Assembly (NCBI GenBank): GCA_023645945.1
Contig: JALAIB010000027.1
Coordinates: forward strand, 1 to 45,730
Length of the DNA stretch: 45,730 bases
Reading direction: 5' to 3'
DNA from: Diploschistes diacapsis
Taxonomy: Eukaryota
Shown here: in pieces, positions 1-15,000 of the stretch
Numbering within the stretch: the stretch's first letter is position 1
Layout of the letters: every line of letters starts with the position of its first letter
Notes under the pieces: model-generated
Databases searched by the model: none
What the model saw: the letters and a program-made list of their open reading frames with translations, nothing else
What the model was told of the DNA's origin: nothing
Translations under genes and position numbers: made by a program

Positions 1-337
1 GCTTTAACCAAGCAAAAATATTTTATCTAAATGAGCTATTATAAGCGGTTCTATGCGTAGATTTCATTAACAATATAAATAAAGCACTTTTTTAACGTTA
101 TACTGTTGATGCGTGACCTTTTTCATCATTTTTCAGTCATTTTAGAAAATTCAGATTAAGCGAAAACTAGCCGTTGTATGGCCAAATTATTTAAAATCTT
201 TCGGATTTTGAAGAATAAAGCCCCACAACGACTGTATATCGTCGAAAAGATGTTTTTATTTTATTTTTAATGAAATCTACGCATCAAACCGCTCATAATA
301 GATTATTTAAATAAAATATTTTTTGGTTGGTTAAAGC
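1..337. repeat. Long imperfect inverted repeat (foldback) centred near 169
   Basis: 1-70 (gctttaaccaagcaaaaatattttatctaaat...gatttcattaa) is close to the reverse complement of 267-337. Weaker complementarity continues inward to about 125 and 212. Confidence 0.85.
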
Positions 338-681
338 AGATTTTAAGAGATTCAAAAATCCGCTTTTTCGAGTCCTTATTTTTAATTCGCTTAAAAAAAT
401 TAACTGATGGCGTAATCAATGTGCACTTTTCATATATGATAGATAATTGATTAAAAAGTAATATTCTGAAAGAAAAATTAAAATAACGATCAATTTCGAA
501 GAATTATTGAAGATTTAAACTATTTCTTGGCAAAAGTGGCCGGAATCTGGGGGTGGCCGGAATCCCCGTCAAACACGTTGTAATGGTGATTAAGATATAT
601 AAAGTTATAAATTAAAAACACGTAAAAGAGGGGGAGGTGAGCGGATGACTTGTGTGGGTGGATGACTTGTGAAATACGTTA
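1..681. mobile_element. AT-rich, RIP-degenerate DNA transposon remnants with two Fot1/pogo-like right ends (536-578 and ~639-679)
   Basis: Very AT-rich and ORF-less. Each terminus reads ACGT... on the minus strand and has an internal direct repeat (GTGGCCGGAATC x2; GGATGACTTGTG x2). The outer terminus is followed by TA at 680-681. Confidence 0.65.
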
Positions 682-962
682 CATGAGAATCCGTCTGGGT
701 TTAGAAGTGGAAATTCCGATCGCCACTATCACGTGATACTAATCGTACCACAATTCTGCCAGGCAGTTAAATACTTAACCTACTAGTAGATCCGTAGTCG
801 GGCAATCAATTGAAACTTACATGTATCTTCCCTTATATAGTAGTTAGCATCGCTCTGTCCGACATACATCGTGTGAGCAAGCATATCAATCTATGTACTT
901 TATATTTACGAGTATTGTTGTACCAGGACCATCTTGGCCTTTCAGGTCCTGTACAATCGGCA

Positions 963-3900
963 ATGGCTGGGCATCGACACCTCAATCTCGACGGCCATGC
1001 GCTGGAGCATTCTATGTATTTAACTCGTACTGCACAGGATAATACGTACTTGTCTGAAAAGGCATTCGAGCAGCCATATAGTCAATCTCAGTACTTGAAT
1101 CAGCCTCTACTACGACGAGATGCAGCTAATCCGACGATTTTCGACGATGACCTCGATGAATATGGTAAGGAAATCGTGCATTCAGTGAGTACAAAAGCTA
1201 AAGACGTTAGATCGAGCATTGCTGGCCGATACAGCCATACACCGACCTTCGCAAGTGAACGGGGGCCATCGAGTTTCACTGCCGCCAAGGTCTTCAAGGC
1301 TTTCAGTCGTTGGCCCTTTGCCTTCAGCAACTGAAGTCGATAGACCAGGACTATGTAGAATGGTTCTCTATAATATGAGCCCAAAAATTAACAGGTTGCA
1401 GATGGAAGCAGTCGTTGCCTTCAGCCGGTAGACCAAGCTCTAGGTACTAAACGGTAGGTTCGCTCAGCTCATTATCTCTAATTTGAGATCAGGTTCTCAA
1501 AATTTCTTTGAATCTCTTCAAAAGTCTCCCACAAAGTCTCCTCCAGGTCATTTCTCTGCAGTCTATTCTTCTAGCCCAACTGCAAGAGTAAGCAGACGCA
1601 GATCTTTCAACAACAAGCGTAGGGTCCAAAGAGAGAACGTCAAACAACATTCAAAAACGCTTGTGCCGAGTGTCCCTGAGGATTATGGGGCCATCGTTGG
1701 CAAAAGTTGTAGCAATGGAACGCCAGTCATCCAGGGAATCTCGCTCGTTTCGACTTATAAACTTTCCGATAGATGTCGATCTATATTTTCTTTCAAAATC
1801 TTCAATGCTGTCCAATCTCGTTGCTTCGACACTGCATACTATACCCATGACAATCTCGTCCTTTCGGCTCCCACAGGCAGCGGGAAGACTGCTGTTCTCG
1901 AACTAGCTATTTGTAAGCTCGTGGCAGAGTCTGATATTGAACAATGTAAGATCGTCTATGTTGCTCCAACGAAGTCTCTTTGCTCCGAGAGGCAAAGGGA
2001 TTGGCAGCTCAAATTCGAGAACCTTGGGTTACAATGTGCAGAGCTTACCGGCGATACTGACTATGCTCAGCAAGCCCACGTACAGAGGGCAAACTTGATT
2101 ATCACAACGCCCGAGAAATGGGATAGCACCACCAGGAAATGGAAAGACCGGTCAAAACTGCTGCAACTCGTCAAACTATTCCTCATTGATGAAGTGCATA
2201 TTCTGAAAGAATCCAGAGGTGCTACTCTGGAAGCGATAGTATCTAGAATGAAATCAACAGGGTTAGATATGAGATTCATAGCTTTGAGCGCAACCGTTCC
2301 GAATTCTGGGGACATCGCAGCATGGCTCGGAAGAAGCAAAGTCGATCGCGTTACGCCAGCGCGTTTGGAAGTCTTTGGCGAAGAGTTCAGGCCCGTTCAA
2401 CTTCAGAAACATGTCGTGGGTATCAGATTCCATGGGAATGATTTTGCCTTCGATCAAGTCTGTGACGATAAGTGCGTTCGACTACCTTAGCTTTGGCCGT
2501 CTCTAACGCTTCTAGGCTTCCTGGTATCATCCATCAGCACTCGGCCGGCAAGCCTGTTATCATTTTTTGTTCCACCCGAAAGTCTGCCGAGACAACGGCT
2601 AAGATGCTAACCAAGGTTAAGAGAACTGCTCGGACGGGTGACATGTGGCCATCTATGGCTATAGCAATTAAGCTTCGGAATGTGGACCTAGAAGGTCAGG
2701 GATTTGACCAAAGGGATATAAGCTATACTGATCGTCTTACAGATACCTTTCCGGCCGGCGTAGCTTTTCACCATGCGGGCTTGGATGCTGATGACAGGAC
2801 GGCTGTTGAGAAAGCCTTCCTGCAAGGAAATATTGGAGTGATATGCTGTACCTCCACGCTTGCTGTCGGCGTGAACCTGCCATGCTATCTGGTCATAATT
2901 AAGAACACCGTGTCTTGGCAAGCAGGTGGTCTCAAAGAGTATTCGGATCTTGAGACCATGCAGATGCTTGGCCGAGCAGGAAGATATGAAACCTTCCCTG
3001 TTCTTATAGCACTGACCTGACTGCAGCAGACCTCAGTTCGATCGATCTGCGGTAGCTGTGATTATTACGAAGATGGAGAAAGTGCCAAAATACGAAAAGC
3101 TTGTTGCTGGAGAGGAGATTGTTGAAAGCTGGTACGAGGAGTTTGAGGGCAGAGCTTCAATTTTCTAACTTTGGGATAGCCTTCATCAAAACTTGGTTGA
3201 ACATCTGGTAAGGCCCTGGATAAATCGACAGAATCGGCAGCCATTGACCGTTCAAGAATGCCGAAGTCAGCTCAGGGACTATTTCTGACCTTGCAAGTGC
3301 TAAGGTCTGGCTTTCAAGTACATTCTTGTACGTGCGTCTTTCACGAAACCCGGCTCATTACAAGATGGGCGACAACGCAGACCAGCGTGACCTCGATAGC
3401 AGAACAGAGCAGATCTGTAGCCGAGACATTTGTCTTCTTCAAGATGCAAACTTGGTGACCAGCTTTGCATCGTTCCGTTGCACACAATTTGGGGACACTA
3501 TGGCTCGGTATTGCACAAAATTCGGGACGATGAAAGCTATATTGGGACTCCCAAGGAAAGCCAAGATCTCCGAAATCGTTAGTGCACACTTATGAATCAT
3601 TTATATACTAATATGATATACCCAGTTGTCTGTTCTAGCAGAGGCAGATGAGTTCCACGAAGTGAGGTTCAGAAGTGGCGAGAAGCCTCTATTCAAAGCC
3701 ATCAATTCGGCGAATGGCATCAAGTTTCCAATCCCAATCGACATAGCTCTGGCATCTCACAAACGGTCGCTAATTATACAAGCCGAGCTTGGGGGTGTCG
3801 AATTTCCTTCCGATGAGCAATACAAGAAGCACAGGTCTCAATATCAGCAAGACCTCGCCACGATCTTTTCCAACGTCCATCGTCTGGTACGCTGCATCGC

Positions 3901-6054
3901 TGATTGCCAAATGCACTCACAAGACGGTCAAGCTATGCGACATGCACTCGAGCTTGGAAGAAGTCTCGGTGCACGGGTATGGGACAATTCGCCCATGCAG
4001 ATGAAGCAGATACCCGGCATCGGTCCCGTAGCTGTCCGCAAACTTGTGCAAGGCGGTATAAACAGCATCGAGGCTCTAGAAGCTACCGAGGCGTACCGGA
4101 TCAATTCGCTACTAAGTAAAAGTCCAGGCTTTGGCGAGAAGCTTCTTGATGGTCTGAAGCGCTTTCCTAAGCCTAGGATATCAATGAAGATAATCAAACA
4201 GGTCAGTTGAGGGACTCCCTTGAGGCAGCTGGTTGTGATCTGGCCCAGTGTTTCATACCAGTTACTGAGTCGAGCAGGACTGTAAAACCGGGCAACAGCC
4301 ACTTCTCAAATTCAAAGCTGAAGTTGGTTTCTTGAATGAGTCTGTCCCCAAGCAATTCAACAGAAAAGCTGTTTACATATGCTTCATCGCCGAGCGATCA
4401 GACGGCCACTTAATTGACTTTAAGCGAATCAGGTATGCTAATTGCAGTGATAAATGATACCTGCAACTCATGACACTATAGCGCTACCTATATTGATAAA
4501 GGAGAGATCTTCTTATCGGTAAGGCTCTTGAATGAATTGCAGTACGTATCATGCTATGTCATGTGCGACGAGATAGGCAAGTGGTTGGAAACTTGGTGAT
4601 GAGATTTCTCCTGAAAATCGACTAGTTGGAACGCTACAATACGCAGAACTCAAACCAGGAATACCCTCAGCAATGTTCCCAAAAGTAGCTAATGCTACTT
4701 CCGCGGCTGAACTAAAAGTCCCTATACCTAATACTTTTGCCAATACCTCCAGGAAACGGTCGAGAGCAACTGAGGATTCTAGTTCGGCACTTGACATCTT
4801 TGGAGCTGACAGTGCCTATCTCGATGATGAATTGAAGGATACAGACCTCCTTGCGGCAGGTAAGAGGTGCATCTTTCTATCCCTTTGGATCTAATGACCA
4901 GACCAGAAGATCTCGAATACATGCCGATTGAGAAAGCTGGTGGACAAATTTTGTCCGTTAGCGCGGAGCCTACATCTAGAGCCATGTCAATGGCCGATTT
5001 GGGCAACGGTGCCGACTCTGCACCAAGAAAGCTTGAAAATGGCAAGTGGGCGTGCAATCACAATTGCAGAAACAAGACAAGGTAAGCCTTGGATCCAGCT
5101 CAAGCGAGGGAAAATCTATTCTGAAGATAGCTAAGTTGCAAACATTTCTGCTGCCGCGATGGTCTCGACAAACCTCCCGCACCGCGAAAGAATGCGCAGG
5201 AGAAGCTAGAAAACCTGCAGCAAAAGAAGGGAGATGCGAAGAGAAAGAGGCTCACAGAGATGAAGAGATCTACGGACGAGGGTCGCAAGCCCCGAAAGAT
5301 TGAGACTATAGATCTCTCACTCGAAAACAGTAAGGCCAACTACAAGCACAGGAACCCCTTGAAGAGTCTCGACCGGCTACAACAAAGTGTAATAGGAAGT
5401 TCTTCAGCCCCTATTTTTTCCCGAAACAAAGCAAAAGGTGTCAGCAGCCCTCAAACACAAATGTGCCCAGCTTCAAACCTAGAAAACCCAAGTGATCATT
5501 CTAGTGAATTTGGAGGTGAACGGATAGAGGATTTGCCTCCATTTACGTACGATGTGGAAGGACCTCGCGGGTCCGATGCAAGGCGTCCCCATGCAGCTTA
5601 CTTAGATGACGGCCAAGGATTTAGTGGCTTGAGCGACGTTGCTGAAGCTAACTTTCACATTAGCAATGAGCTTCTAGCACTTGAAGAGCCTAGTGAAGTG
5701 TTGCAAAGTCCATCAGTACAGGACGAGAATGTTGGTGCGAGACCGTATGTGCCACGGATTAGCACAGAGAGATCAACTGCAGCGGGCACTGTGCCTTTTG
5801 AAAGGCTACCTGGTCCAAGTATTGGTACAACCAGGCCCCTGAAAAGAGCCAACTCCCCGCAAAGTTCTTTCCCATCAGCCAAGAAGCAAAGAAGCAGTAG
5901 CAACAAGCAGAAGGACGCTACTTCACTCACAATCGAAGGGTCTACCGAGAACGTGCAAGCGAAATCCAACATTGACCAAATCTTTGAAGACATGGAGGGC
6001 ATTGATCCTGATCTCCTTGCCGATTTGCGAGACTGTATCGACTTGGTGGACTGA
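963..6054 (+). CDS. MER3: Meiotic DEAD/DEAH-box DNA helicase Mer3/HFM1, multi-exon; start uncertain
   Basis: Walker A APTGSGKT, DEVH, ALSAT, STLAVGVNLP and QMLGRAGR-PQFD. A Sec63-like region lies at 3626-4210, and a C-terminal CNHNC..C.H.CC zinc motif is split by an intron. Exons from 1483 onward join in frame through about 11 introns; the 5' exons are not resolved. Confidence 0.9.
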
Positions 6055-6705
6055 TTTGCTCCGTTCCGAGATCATTCAGTTGGAGAGATAAGTCATTGTT
6101 GCTTATCCTGAAATGCAATCTACTGCATACAAGAAGAGACAGGGCTTCATCTAAGATCCCTAATTGCTCTCGAAGCTGAGTGCTTTTTCTATATTCAAGA
6201 TGTTATTACTCTAGTTGTACTCAAGAATAAATGTGCTCACGCCCTTGTAGATGTCCAATCATTCAAAGGCAAAAGCTTGTGCGGCAGGCTGCAGGCTGCA
6301 GGACACTGCAGAAGGCCGTATCATGTCCACTTCCCTTTATCCAAGATGAGCCGAGCTTGCTACGTACTGATTCTATTGAGGTAAACCAAATCAGATGGTC
6401 GGTCTTTGGGAACGCCCTCGTGTACAACTTCCAAATCGGATACTCCCAAGAATCTGTTTTGGTTCCAGTGCTGTACACTTTTTGTTCAGCAGGGTAACAA
6501 TAATCCGTGAACTTTGTGAACTCCGACACGAGGAAACCACACAGAGTCCAACTCTCCTGCCTGTTATGTCCGAAACAACTGCAACCCAGAAGAAGACTGT
6601 TGTTATCCGAACTTTAGAGTCTAGAGATTCGCCAGGCTCTTAGATGCTAGCACTTCTTCACATTGTTCTAAGGTACTCGGAGCTTGCTCAATACGTTAAG
6701 GCATT

Positions 6706-8526
6706 ATGGGCAAGCTACAGTATGTTAATGTAAGTTACCCTTTGGCTGCTTGTGACTGTGAATCGTCCTTCGTCCTTCGAGTTTCGTGTCTAACGATTCC
6801 ATAGCGTAAGATTGAGGGTCCTAAGCTATGCCAGGTGGTAGCCAAGGATGTGGTACGTGCAAGATTAGGTATGAACAACGAACAATGCAGGTTGACAATT
6901 GGATAGCTTAAGCGCTTGCCATCGAAAGCAGGACACAAAGCAGCTGTACGAGATCCTAGTGTTGAACTGGACATTTCCGGGAAGGCGATAGCAGATAACG
7001 AGCTCAGCACGGTGACTGAAGCCCTTGTGCAAGCAGTAGCCCAGGCAGAGGGTGACGAACAGATCATGAAATTGGAAGAAGCATATCTCAAGGGGAACGA
7101 GCTCACGGCAAGCTCGCTTGCTGCTATTGCGCCGGTCATTAAACTGTCGGCTCACAGCCTACGGGATTTGGACCTGGCGGATAACAAAATTGAGATTTCT
7201 ACTCCTGAAGACGGTAGAAATTGGGAGCTATTTCTACGAGCGCTCGACAGTTGCTGTGTTCTTAGAAGATTGGACCTCAGTGGTAATCCACTTGGCTCGA
7301 AAGCGTTCGAGCTCCTTTTCAAGGTGTACACCGCTCCGGATCCCTCTGTCTCCCGAGGCTTGCGCTCAATACCCTATGTCATACTAGTAGATACCGAGAT
7401 GGACGACACTAGTGCTCTGCACCTCTCGTACATCGTTTCCAACCACAGTTCGCCCGAGCAGCTTCTGCCACAAGTTTTTCCGGCTAAGCCTGGTGCGCAG
7501 ACGCAGCTACTCGAAGCCTACGACGCCGTGCCAGGCTGTCAAGGAATCATTTATAGGCCAAACGCCAGGCTCGGTACTGCGGGAACAAGGGTGCTTGAAC
7601 TAGCAGAGCAAGCCAGGGTTGTTGATCACAGCACAAATGATCAAGGCCCCGAGCAAGGCTCGATACCGACGAACGCTATGAGGGAGTTGAGTCTCTTGGA
7701 CAGTGACACGCAGCTCATGACACCAGACACCCGCCGGAGGAGAAGCTCTACCAATGGTATTATAAGCTCCTCGCTTGCTTTACGTTCGGGAGAACTTGAT
7801 CGAGCAAGGAGCCGCATCCAAGGAGACACTCTTAGGGACAAAGGCTTGTCCAGTAACGATCTTTGGCGGGCCGCCATGCAAATGCTTGGGTATGCCCGGG
7901 TCATACTTCTGCGAGACAGTCCGCTCAGGACAGACTGGGCCTCACGAGCAAACTATACGCCAATCAAGCACATGGTGTCACCGGAAACCAGAGTCAGAGC
8001 AAGCTCTATGCGGGCTTCAAGCAGTTCATCAAGCTTTTGGAATCTAGAAAATGGATTTCCAAGGCTATCTGGCTCGCATCTTCCCCCAATGTCTGCGCCC
8101 AAAAAGCCTCTGGCGAGTGCCAACCCAAACGCGTCGATCAATCCGCGGCAACCGCCGTCGCGCAAGAACTCCCTGATGACTCCACATGGCCCCATCACCT
8201 TCCACAACGGGCCTTCCAGTCGTGTGAGGGCAGAAGAAGTCCACCTTCCACCTTCCCCTGCAACGGATCGGACAGACGACGAGCCAGCATACAGAACGAT
8301 TCTTCCTTGTGGCTTCTCAGAGGAGATATGGACTCAGATACTGGCAGCCGCAGCGGGGGCGGATCAAGTGCTTGGTCTTTCACAGCAAAGGGCTGTGGTG
8401 CGGTGGGCCATGGACAAGAGGACGCTGGTCGAGGAAATGGGCGTACTGGGCAAGTCGGAGTCGCAGCAGATTTGGAAGGTGCTCCACGGCATGGGCTGCT
8501 TGGCGTATGGCGATGGGGCTCCCTGA
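6706..8526 (+). CDS. Fungal leucine-rich repeat (RNI-like) protein
   Basis: LEEAYLKGNEL, LRDLDLADNKI and LRRLDLSGNPLG repeats in the 6916-8526 ORF. Two short inferred 5' exons (MGKLQYVN, RKIEGPKLCQVVAKDV) splice in frame through GT-AG introns. Confidence 0.75.
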
Positions 8527-9047
8527 AGGCACACGGGTTCAACTGGCAAGCGAAACCGGCAGATACACCTACCTACCTGCAGCCTTACCGAGTAGAAGCT
8601 TCGGAAGTCTGGGCGCATTCAAGTCCATGATGGACTGAGAAGCAAGCGTAGATTCGGAGTCAATGTATCAATCATCCTTGTCCTTGTCGCGTGAAAATAC
8701 CACCCGTCATGCCTTTGGTTATACGCCCGTGAATGCTCGATCGTCTAGGACCTTACAAGCGTCGGTATAGTAGGTATAATTGTAAACAAATGCGTGAGAT
8801 TACGATCTGCGGAGTGAGCAAAGTGTGACGGACAGGACACGTAATATCCAACATCGTTCCCAGAGGTTCCTTCTCCTGTCGTTGACCTGCAGCCGGTAAG
8901 AGCCTCCGGGCTTTTCCAGCAACCAAGCTTTTGTCCGCACATGCATACTCACACAGCCAGAGCAGAAATACTCTGTCCCGCCTTCTCTCCATCCGCCTCT
9001 CCGTTCCCCCCCCCCATGCGAACCCCCAAAACCGGCACCATCACATC

Positions 9048-10053
<1,006 letters not shown>

Positions 10054-10894
10054 TTATGGGACATTGTTTCGGTCAGCGCTCTTATTACTACGGCTCCTAC
10101 TATCAAATGTTTCTGAAGGACATCCATGCTCCCAGAACTCATTGAGAAAGCATGATTTTGCGTACTCGGGATACCACCATAGAACGAGCTTCAGATTGAC
10201 TTCTATACCTATACGCTACATCCTACAACATCTTTGCGTCGCACTACGACCTCATAGTTGACGAGAATTTATTCCAATGCTGCCATCAGCAGCAACAGCT
10301 TGGATCAACGTCCGCGTGCGAGTAAACTGATTCACCGACATTCTCGTGATAAAGCTTAGAATGTTTATTTTTCCCCTGCTACCTCAGGACAAGCCGAAGC
10401 ACCAGTGAAAAAGGGTTGTTCGCGTCGACCGGCGGCAGTGTAAGGCCGGTGACACAGTGCATCGGGACATGAGCAAGCCCAGGGGTCCCAACGCTGGTTG
10501 CAAAAATAGATTTAATCACGAGGCTTCCCGTAGGAAGCTTTCAGAGATTAAACTGAAAAGAACAGATACTACACTTGATCTAAGCCAAAAGGCAAAGAGA
10601 GCTGAAGAGAAAAAAGAAAGAAAAGGAAGAAGGGGATGGGGGAGAGCGAAGTATATATAGAGACCCTCAGCCCTACCAGGCAGACTGGTGACTCACTCAC
10701 TCACACTGGATGATGACTCACCGACCGAGTGGAGCTGGGTCCGGTGAAGAGAAACAAGAAAAAGCTTTTCAGCCCCCGTGTACAACAACTACTAGTATAG
10801 TTTTGAGTCTGAACCCCTATCGAGCGCTAACAGTTGGACATAGCCGAAGGATGTACAGAGGTAGCACGGGATTTCATGAAGAATTGTTACCATC

Positions 10895-11573
10895 ATGTCC
10901 TCCGCCAGCAGCAAGCCCCGACCACCGTCCCAGCTACCCAAACCCCCGACCTCCCTCTCTTCAACATGCGTCATAGCTGAGACTGCTGTATTGACGGGCA
11001 CCTACCTGATCACCATCTCCGCCGACGCCGTCATCCACCACCGAGCCCGCATCAACTCCGCCCACGGCCCCGTATCCGTCGGCCAGGGCTGCATAATCTC
11101 CGAGAAAGCCGTGGTCGGTCTCTCTAGTCCCAATGTTGCAGCCCCTGGCACCGACGCGGGCGCTGCTTCTGCAGGCGTCGTCCTGGAGAACGACGTTGTC
11201 GTCGAGCCAGCGGCCGCCGTGGAAGGCCGCAGGGTCGGCGAAGGCAGCACGCTGGAAGCGGGCAGCAAGGTCTGCGCCGATGCGGTCGTAGGAAAGGTAT
11301 CGTTCGTTTCCTTTTTTGCCTTTCATAACGTCGCTCCTTCCGCGGCATGGACTCACGCACGTGGCGTCCAAGTATTGTAAGGTGGCTCCGCTCTGCACCG
11401 TTCCCGTGGGCGACACACTGGAGGACTTCACCATCGTCTTCGGGCACAACCAGCGGAGAAGGGAGAGGCCGGGGCTCGAACGGCATAGGAAGATGACGCA
11501 CGACATGGAGGTCGAGACTTTGAACATGCTCATCCCAAATCATTTGGCCAGGTGGCAGTCCGAGGTCAGATAG
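10895..11573 (+). CDS. Dynactin subunit 6 (p27)-like left-handed beta-helix protein, 2 exons
   Basis: Hexapeptide-like repeats (VIHHRARI, VGQGCIISEKAVV, VGEGSTLEAGSKV). An intron at about 11297-11372 joins to YCKVAPLCTV...TIVFG. Confidence 0.75.
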
Positions 11574-12031
11574 GGTCTTCGTCTGCTTGGGATGCTGGAT
11601 AGACTCCATGCCCCGAACCGTGACCTCACGCATATTGGGTAATCGCATTTGGGCTCCGGACCGGGATGTCAGGTAATCTACTATCGCTTCTGCTTTTTCA
11701 TGGTACGGGTTGCACTGAAACTTTGGGTCGCAGGAGAGGCTATCTCGCTTCCTGTCAGGACGTGTGACCAAATCTCGAGAAGATGCCAGAACGGACCATA
11801 CCCTACCGTCCGAAGTCTACTCACGAGCACGAGTAACAGGGATGGCCGAATAGGTTCATAGGAAAGACGTAATCTCCAGAAACTATTCTACGGTATAGGG
11901 AAGCTACGTAGTATTACACATGTCAACAGCGACGGGTATCTTCGGAAAGCTGTAAGACCCTCGCCTCGCTATGCTTACCCGCAAGGTTAATCTGCAAAAT
12001 CAAACGTTTTCCTTCCTGAAGGCAACCAGTT

Positions 12032-15000
12032 TCATGCACCCTCGCCTCTAAATCGTTTCTCGTCCCCGGCATACTGGCTTGTCTCCAAACCCGAATCCTC
12101 CCGTGTCCTCTTTTGAGGAATGAATTGCTGGGCACTCCCATTCATTCCCTTGCCGCCTTGAGGGCTTCCCTGACCCCTTGGTCCGGACGGGACACTCTGT
12201 GCTAGCGCCGTGTTGACGGCTTGGATAGCCCCCCTCCCAATACCGCTGCCTCTCCCTCCGCCTCTTGCAATGTTCGAGCCACGTTGACCGCGCTGTGGTC
12301 CGCCTCGGCCTTGAGGACCTCCCCTTACCCCACTTGCGACTGGGAGACCCGACTGTTGCCCCTTGACGTTACCTGCACCGCCCGCACTTGGACCGGTAGC
12401 CGTGCCATTTATTGTAGAAGCTTGATGACCGACCTGCCCTGTCGCCGCCTGAGGCGCGTGAGAAGACTGCTGCAGGCTAGGCACTCTTGAGGGACGCTGG
12501 AGAGCTGCTTGTGCCTGCTTTTGCGGTGTCGCCGTTTCTTCCTTGGGTCCTGCGGTTTGCTGCCCGTCATTGCTGGCTTGTGATGCGGGCGTCCGCGTTG
12601 CTTCCGTTGCGAATGGATTGGGCCGATCTCCAGACTTCGACGGGTCTGGCTGGACCGCGGCAGCAGGAGCAAGAGCAGATGAATCTCCTTGGCTTGTCGA
12701 AGCTGATCCCACGCCTGGACTGCCAGCTGGTTGACCTTGCGTTGCCGACACTGTCGACGAAGACTGGTCGGCTGTCGTAGGCTTTGGCGCAGGCACTGCA
12801 GGCTTTACATCCTTCGCTGCCGTCCACACCTCACCAATAGTCTTGTCCGGAGTCTCCCTGGCAGCAGTCTGGACATATTCGACTTTGGCTTGCGCAGCTT
12901 TCATCCGATTCTCCGTGAGATTGAACTTGGCCGCAAACTTGGCTTCTACCATGCCCTCCGCGTCTTTCTTGGCTTTCGCTATCCTGTTTTCAATATCCGC
13001 GAGTTGCTCCTTGATCTTTTGTTGTTCCTCCTCACGAACTATACGCTCCCGGTTGCTGAGACTGTTCTGAACAAGTCTCCTACACAAAGCGTTGTTCTGC
13101 AACATATTGCGCACGTCGGCCTCGGTAGGCTCCCAAGGGCTTGTCTGAGAACTGCCTTCGACGGCATCCGCAAGTCTGTTTGGGACATCGTGGCGTTGTA
13201 ATTCTGCAATTTCTTCAGAATGTCTTTGTTTTAAGGCTTCAATCTCCGCGCTGAGCTGTTGTTTTATTCCTTCAACGGCCTCGGCATTGGATGCTTCGAT
13301 CTTTTGCTGCATTTCCGAACGACTCGTCGCCAGTCTCTTGTTCAGAAGCTCCTTCATGCTTTGTGCGCGAGCGTTGTACTTTTCCTCTGCTTGCTTAACA
13401 CGGGCCTCATGTCGAGCTGTTAGTTCCTTACCGATCGCTTCCACTTGTCCAGCAATCTGTTCCGCAACAGAGATGCTCCCCTCTTCCTGCACGTTTTCTG
13501 CACGCTCAAAAGCAGACAGCTTGAACCTAAGTTGGTCAGCTTCTTCGGTGAGGCGACGAAGCTCTTGGCGGAGAGTCTCGGAAGTTTCATCTTCACCAGC
13601 GTCGCCTGTAGCTCTAGTTATAGCTAACTCGGAATCTTTAGCCTCATTTGAACTTGATCTTTGCGTCTCAAGATCAGCAATTTGAGCCTGAGCCTGATTT
13701 AAAGATTGTTGGAGACTGGCCTGCATAGAATTAGCAAAGACTCATTATCATGAACACTCGTATTTACCATCTCACGCTCCAAGTTCACTACACGAGACTG
13801 CGCTGTGGCAAGACCCATCTGAACTTCGACCGCCTGGGCGCCTTCACTAGCGACTCTGGCGTTTGCCGCGTCAAGCTGTTCCCTCAGACTCTGAAGCTCG
13901 ACCGGATCCGCGGAGGGTTCTTCGGTATCTTCATTATCCTTTTGGGTTGAGTTGTCCACTGTTTCACTCGGTACTGGCCGCTGGGAAAGGGCGGAAACGG
14001 CGCCATCTTTCGCGGTCATTACGTCGTTTAACTCATCTTGGAGCGATAACAACTGCTCTTTGAATGACGTCAATTGCGAATCGAGTTCTTGCTTATCCTG
14101 CGAGGCTTGCTGCAGGGCGGCATCCCTCTCTTTAATCTTTGCATTTTGATCTCTAGCCTTGTTCTTCGATTGCTCGATCAATTTTGCCCTAGTTTCTGAG
14201 AAACGTTCATTCGCCGATTGAAGTTCCTGCTTGATCCTGTTAGGGAATTCATCGACCTGTACCTGCAAAGCATCACGGGTCTCGGATAATTGACCGAGTT
14301 CCGTTTCAAGTTCAACAACCCTTTGCTGAGCATTCTCAAGGTCCGCTGGATCAACGGCATTGGATCGGTTGAGAACGTCTAGGTATCTCTTTTCGAAGCG
14401 ATCCTTTGCTTCCTGAGCCATACGCAACTCCGCTTCTTGCATTTCCTTGGCATCTTCGAGCTCTGTGACCTTCGCCTGGAGAGGTTGGATTTGGGCCTGG
14501 AGCTGACTTACAGTACTTGTTCTGTCATCGAGAGCCTTTTGAACTTGCGTTTTCTCAAGTCGGAGTGTGCTGTTGCTTTCCCGGTAAAGGTTCAATTCCT
14601 CAAGCGTTTCCATCAACTTGTTGTGGTTCAGGATCTGCCGCTCACTATTTTCTTGTGCCCTTTGCTCCTGCACAAGCTTGAGTCGAACTTCATCAAGTTG
14701 CTGCTGGGTATGACCAAGCTGTTGCCGCAGTCTTTTCGATTCCTGGGAAGATCTCAAGTATTGTGTTTCAACAATATCCTTCTCCTGCCGGAGATATTTG
14801 ATAAGGTTTTGGAGGTTGTCCGTCCCATCGTTAGTCCCGGAAGATGAGGGTGCATCTTCTGTGGCCGTAACCGGTAAAGTATGCTTGTTGCGTAAATCCG
14901 CGATCTGGCTGTTTACTTTTTCCAGCTGATCGTGGAGAGTCCGGTTCTGCGCAGCCATATCTTCTTTCCTGCTCCTGATGTCCGCGAGCTCTCTCTCATA

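Noticed and set aside
810..1334. Stand-alone 174-aa ORF
   Set aside because: Non-ATG start; more likely part of the low-complexity 5' exons of MER3.
6828..6870. MPGGSQGCGTCKIR resembling the start of a Zn2Cys6 domain
   Set aside because: No continuation of the Cys pattern. The same bases are better explained as an exon of the LRR gene in another frame.
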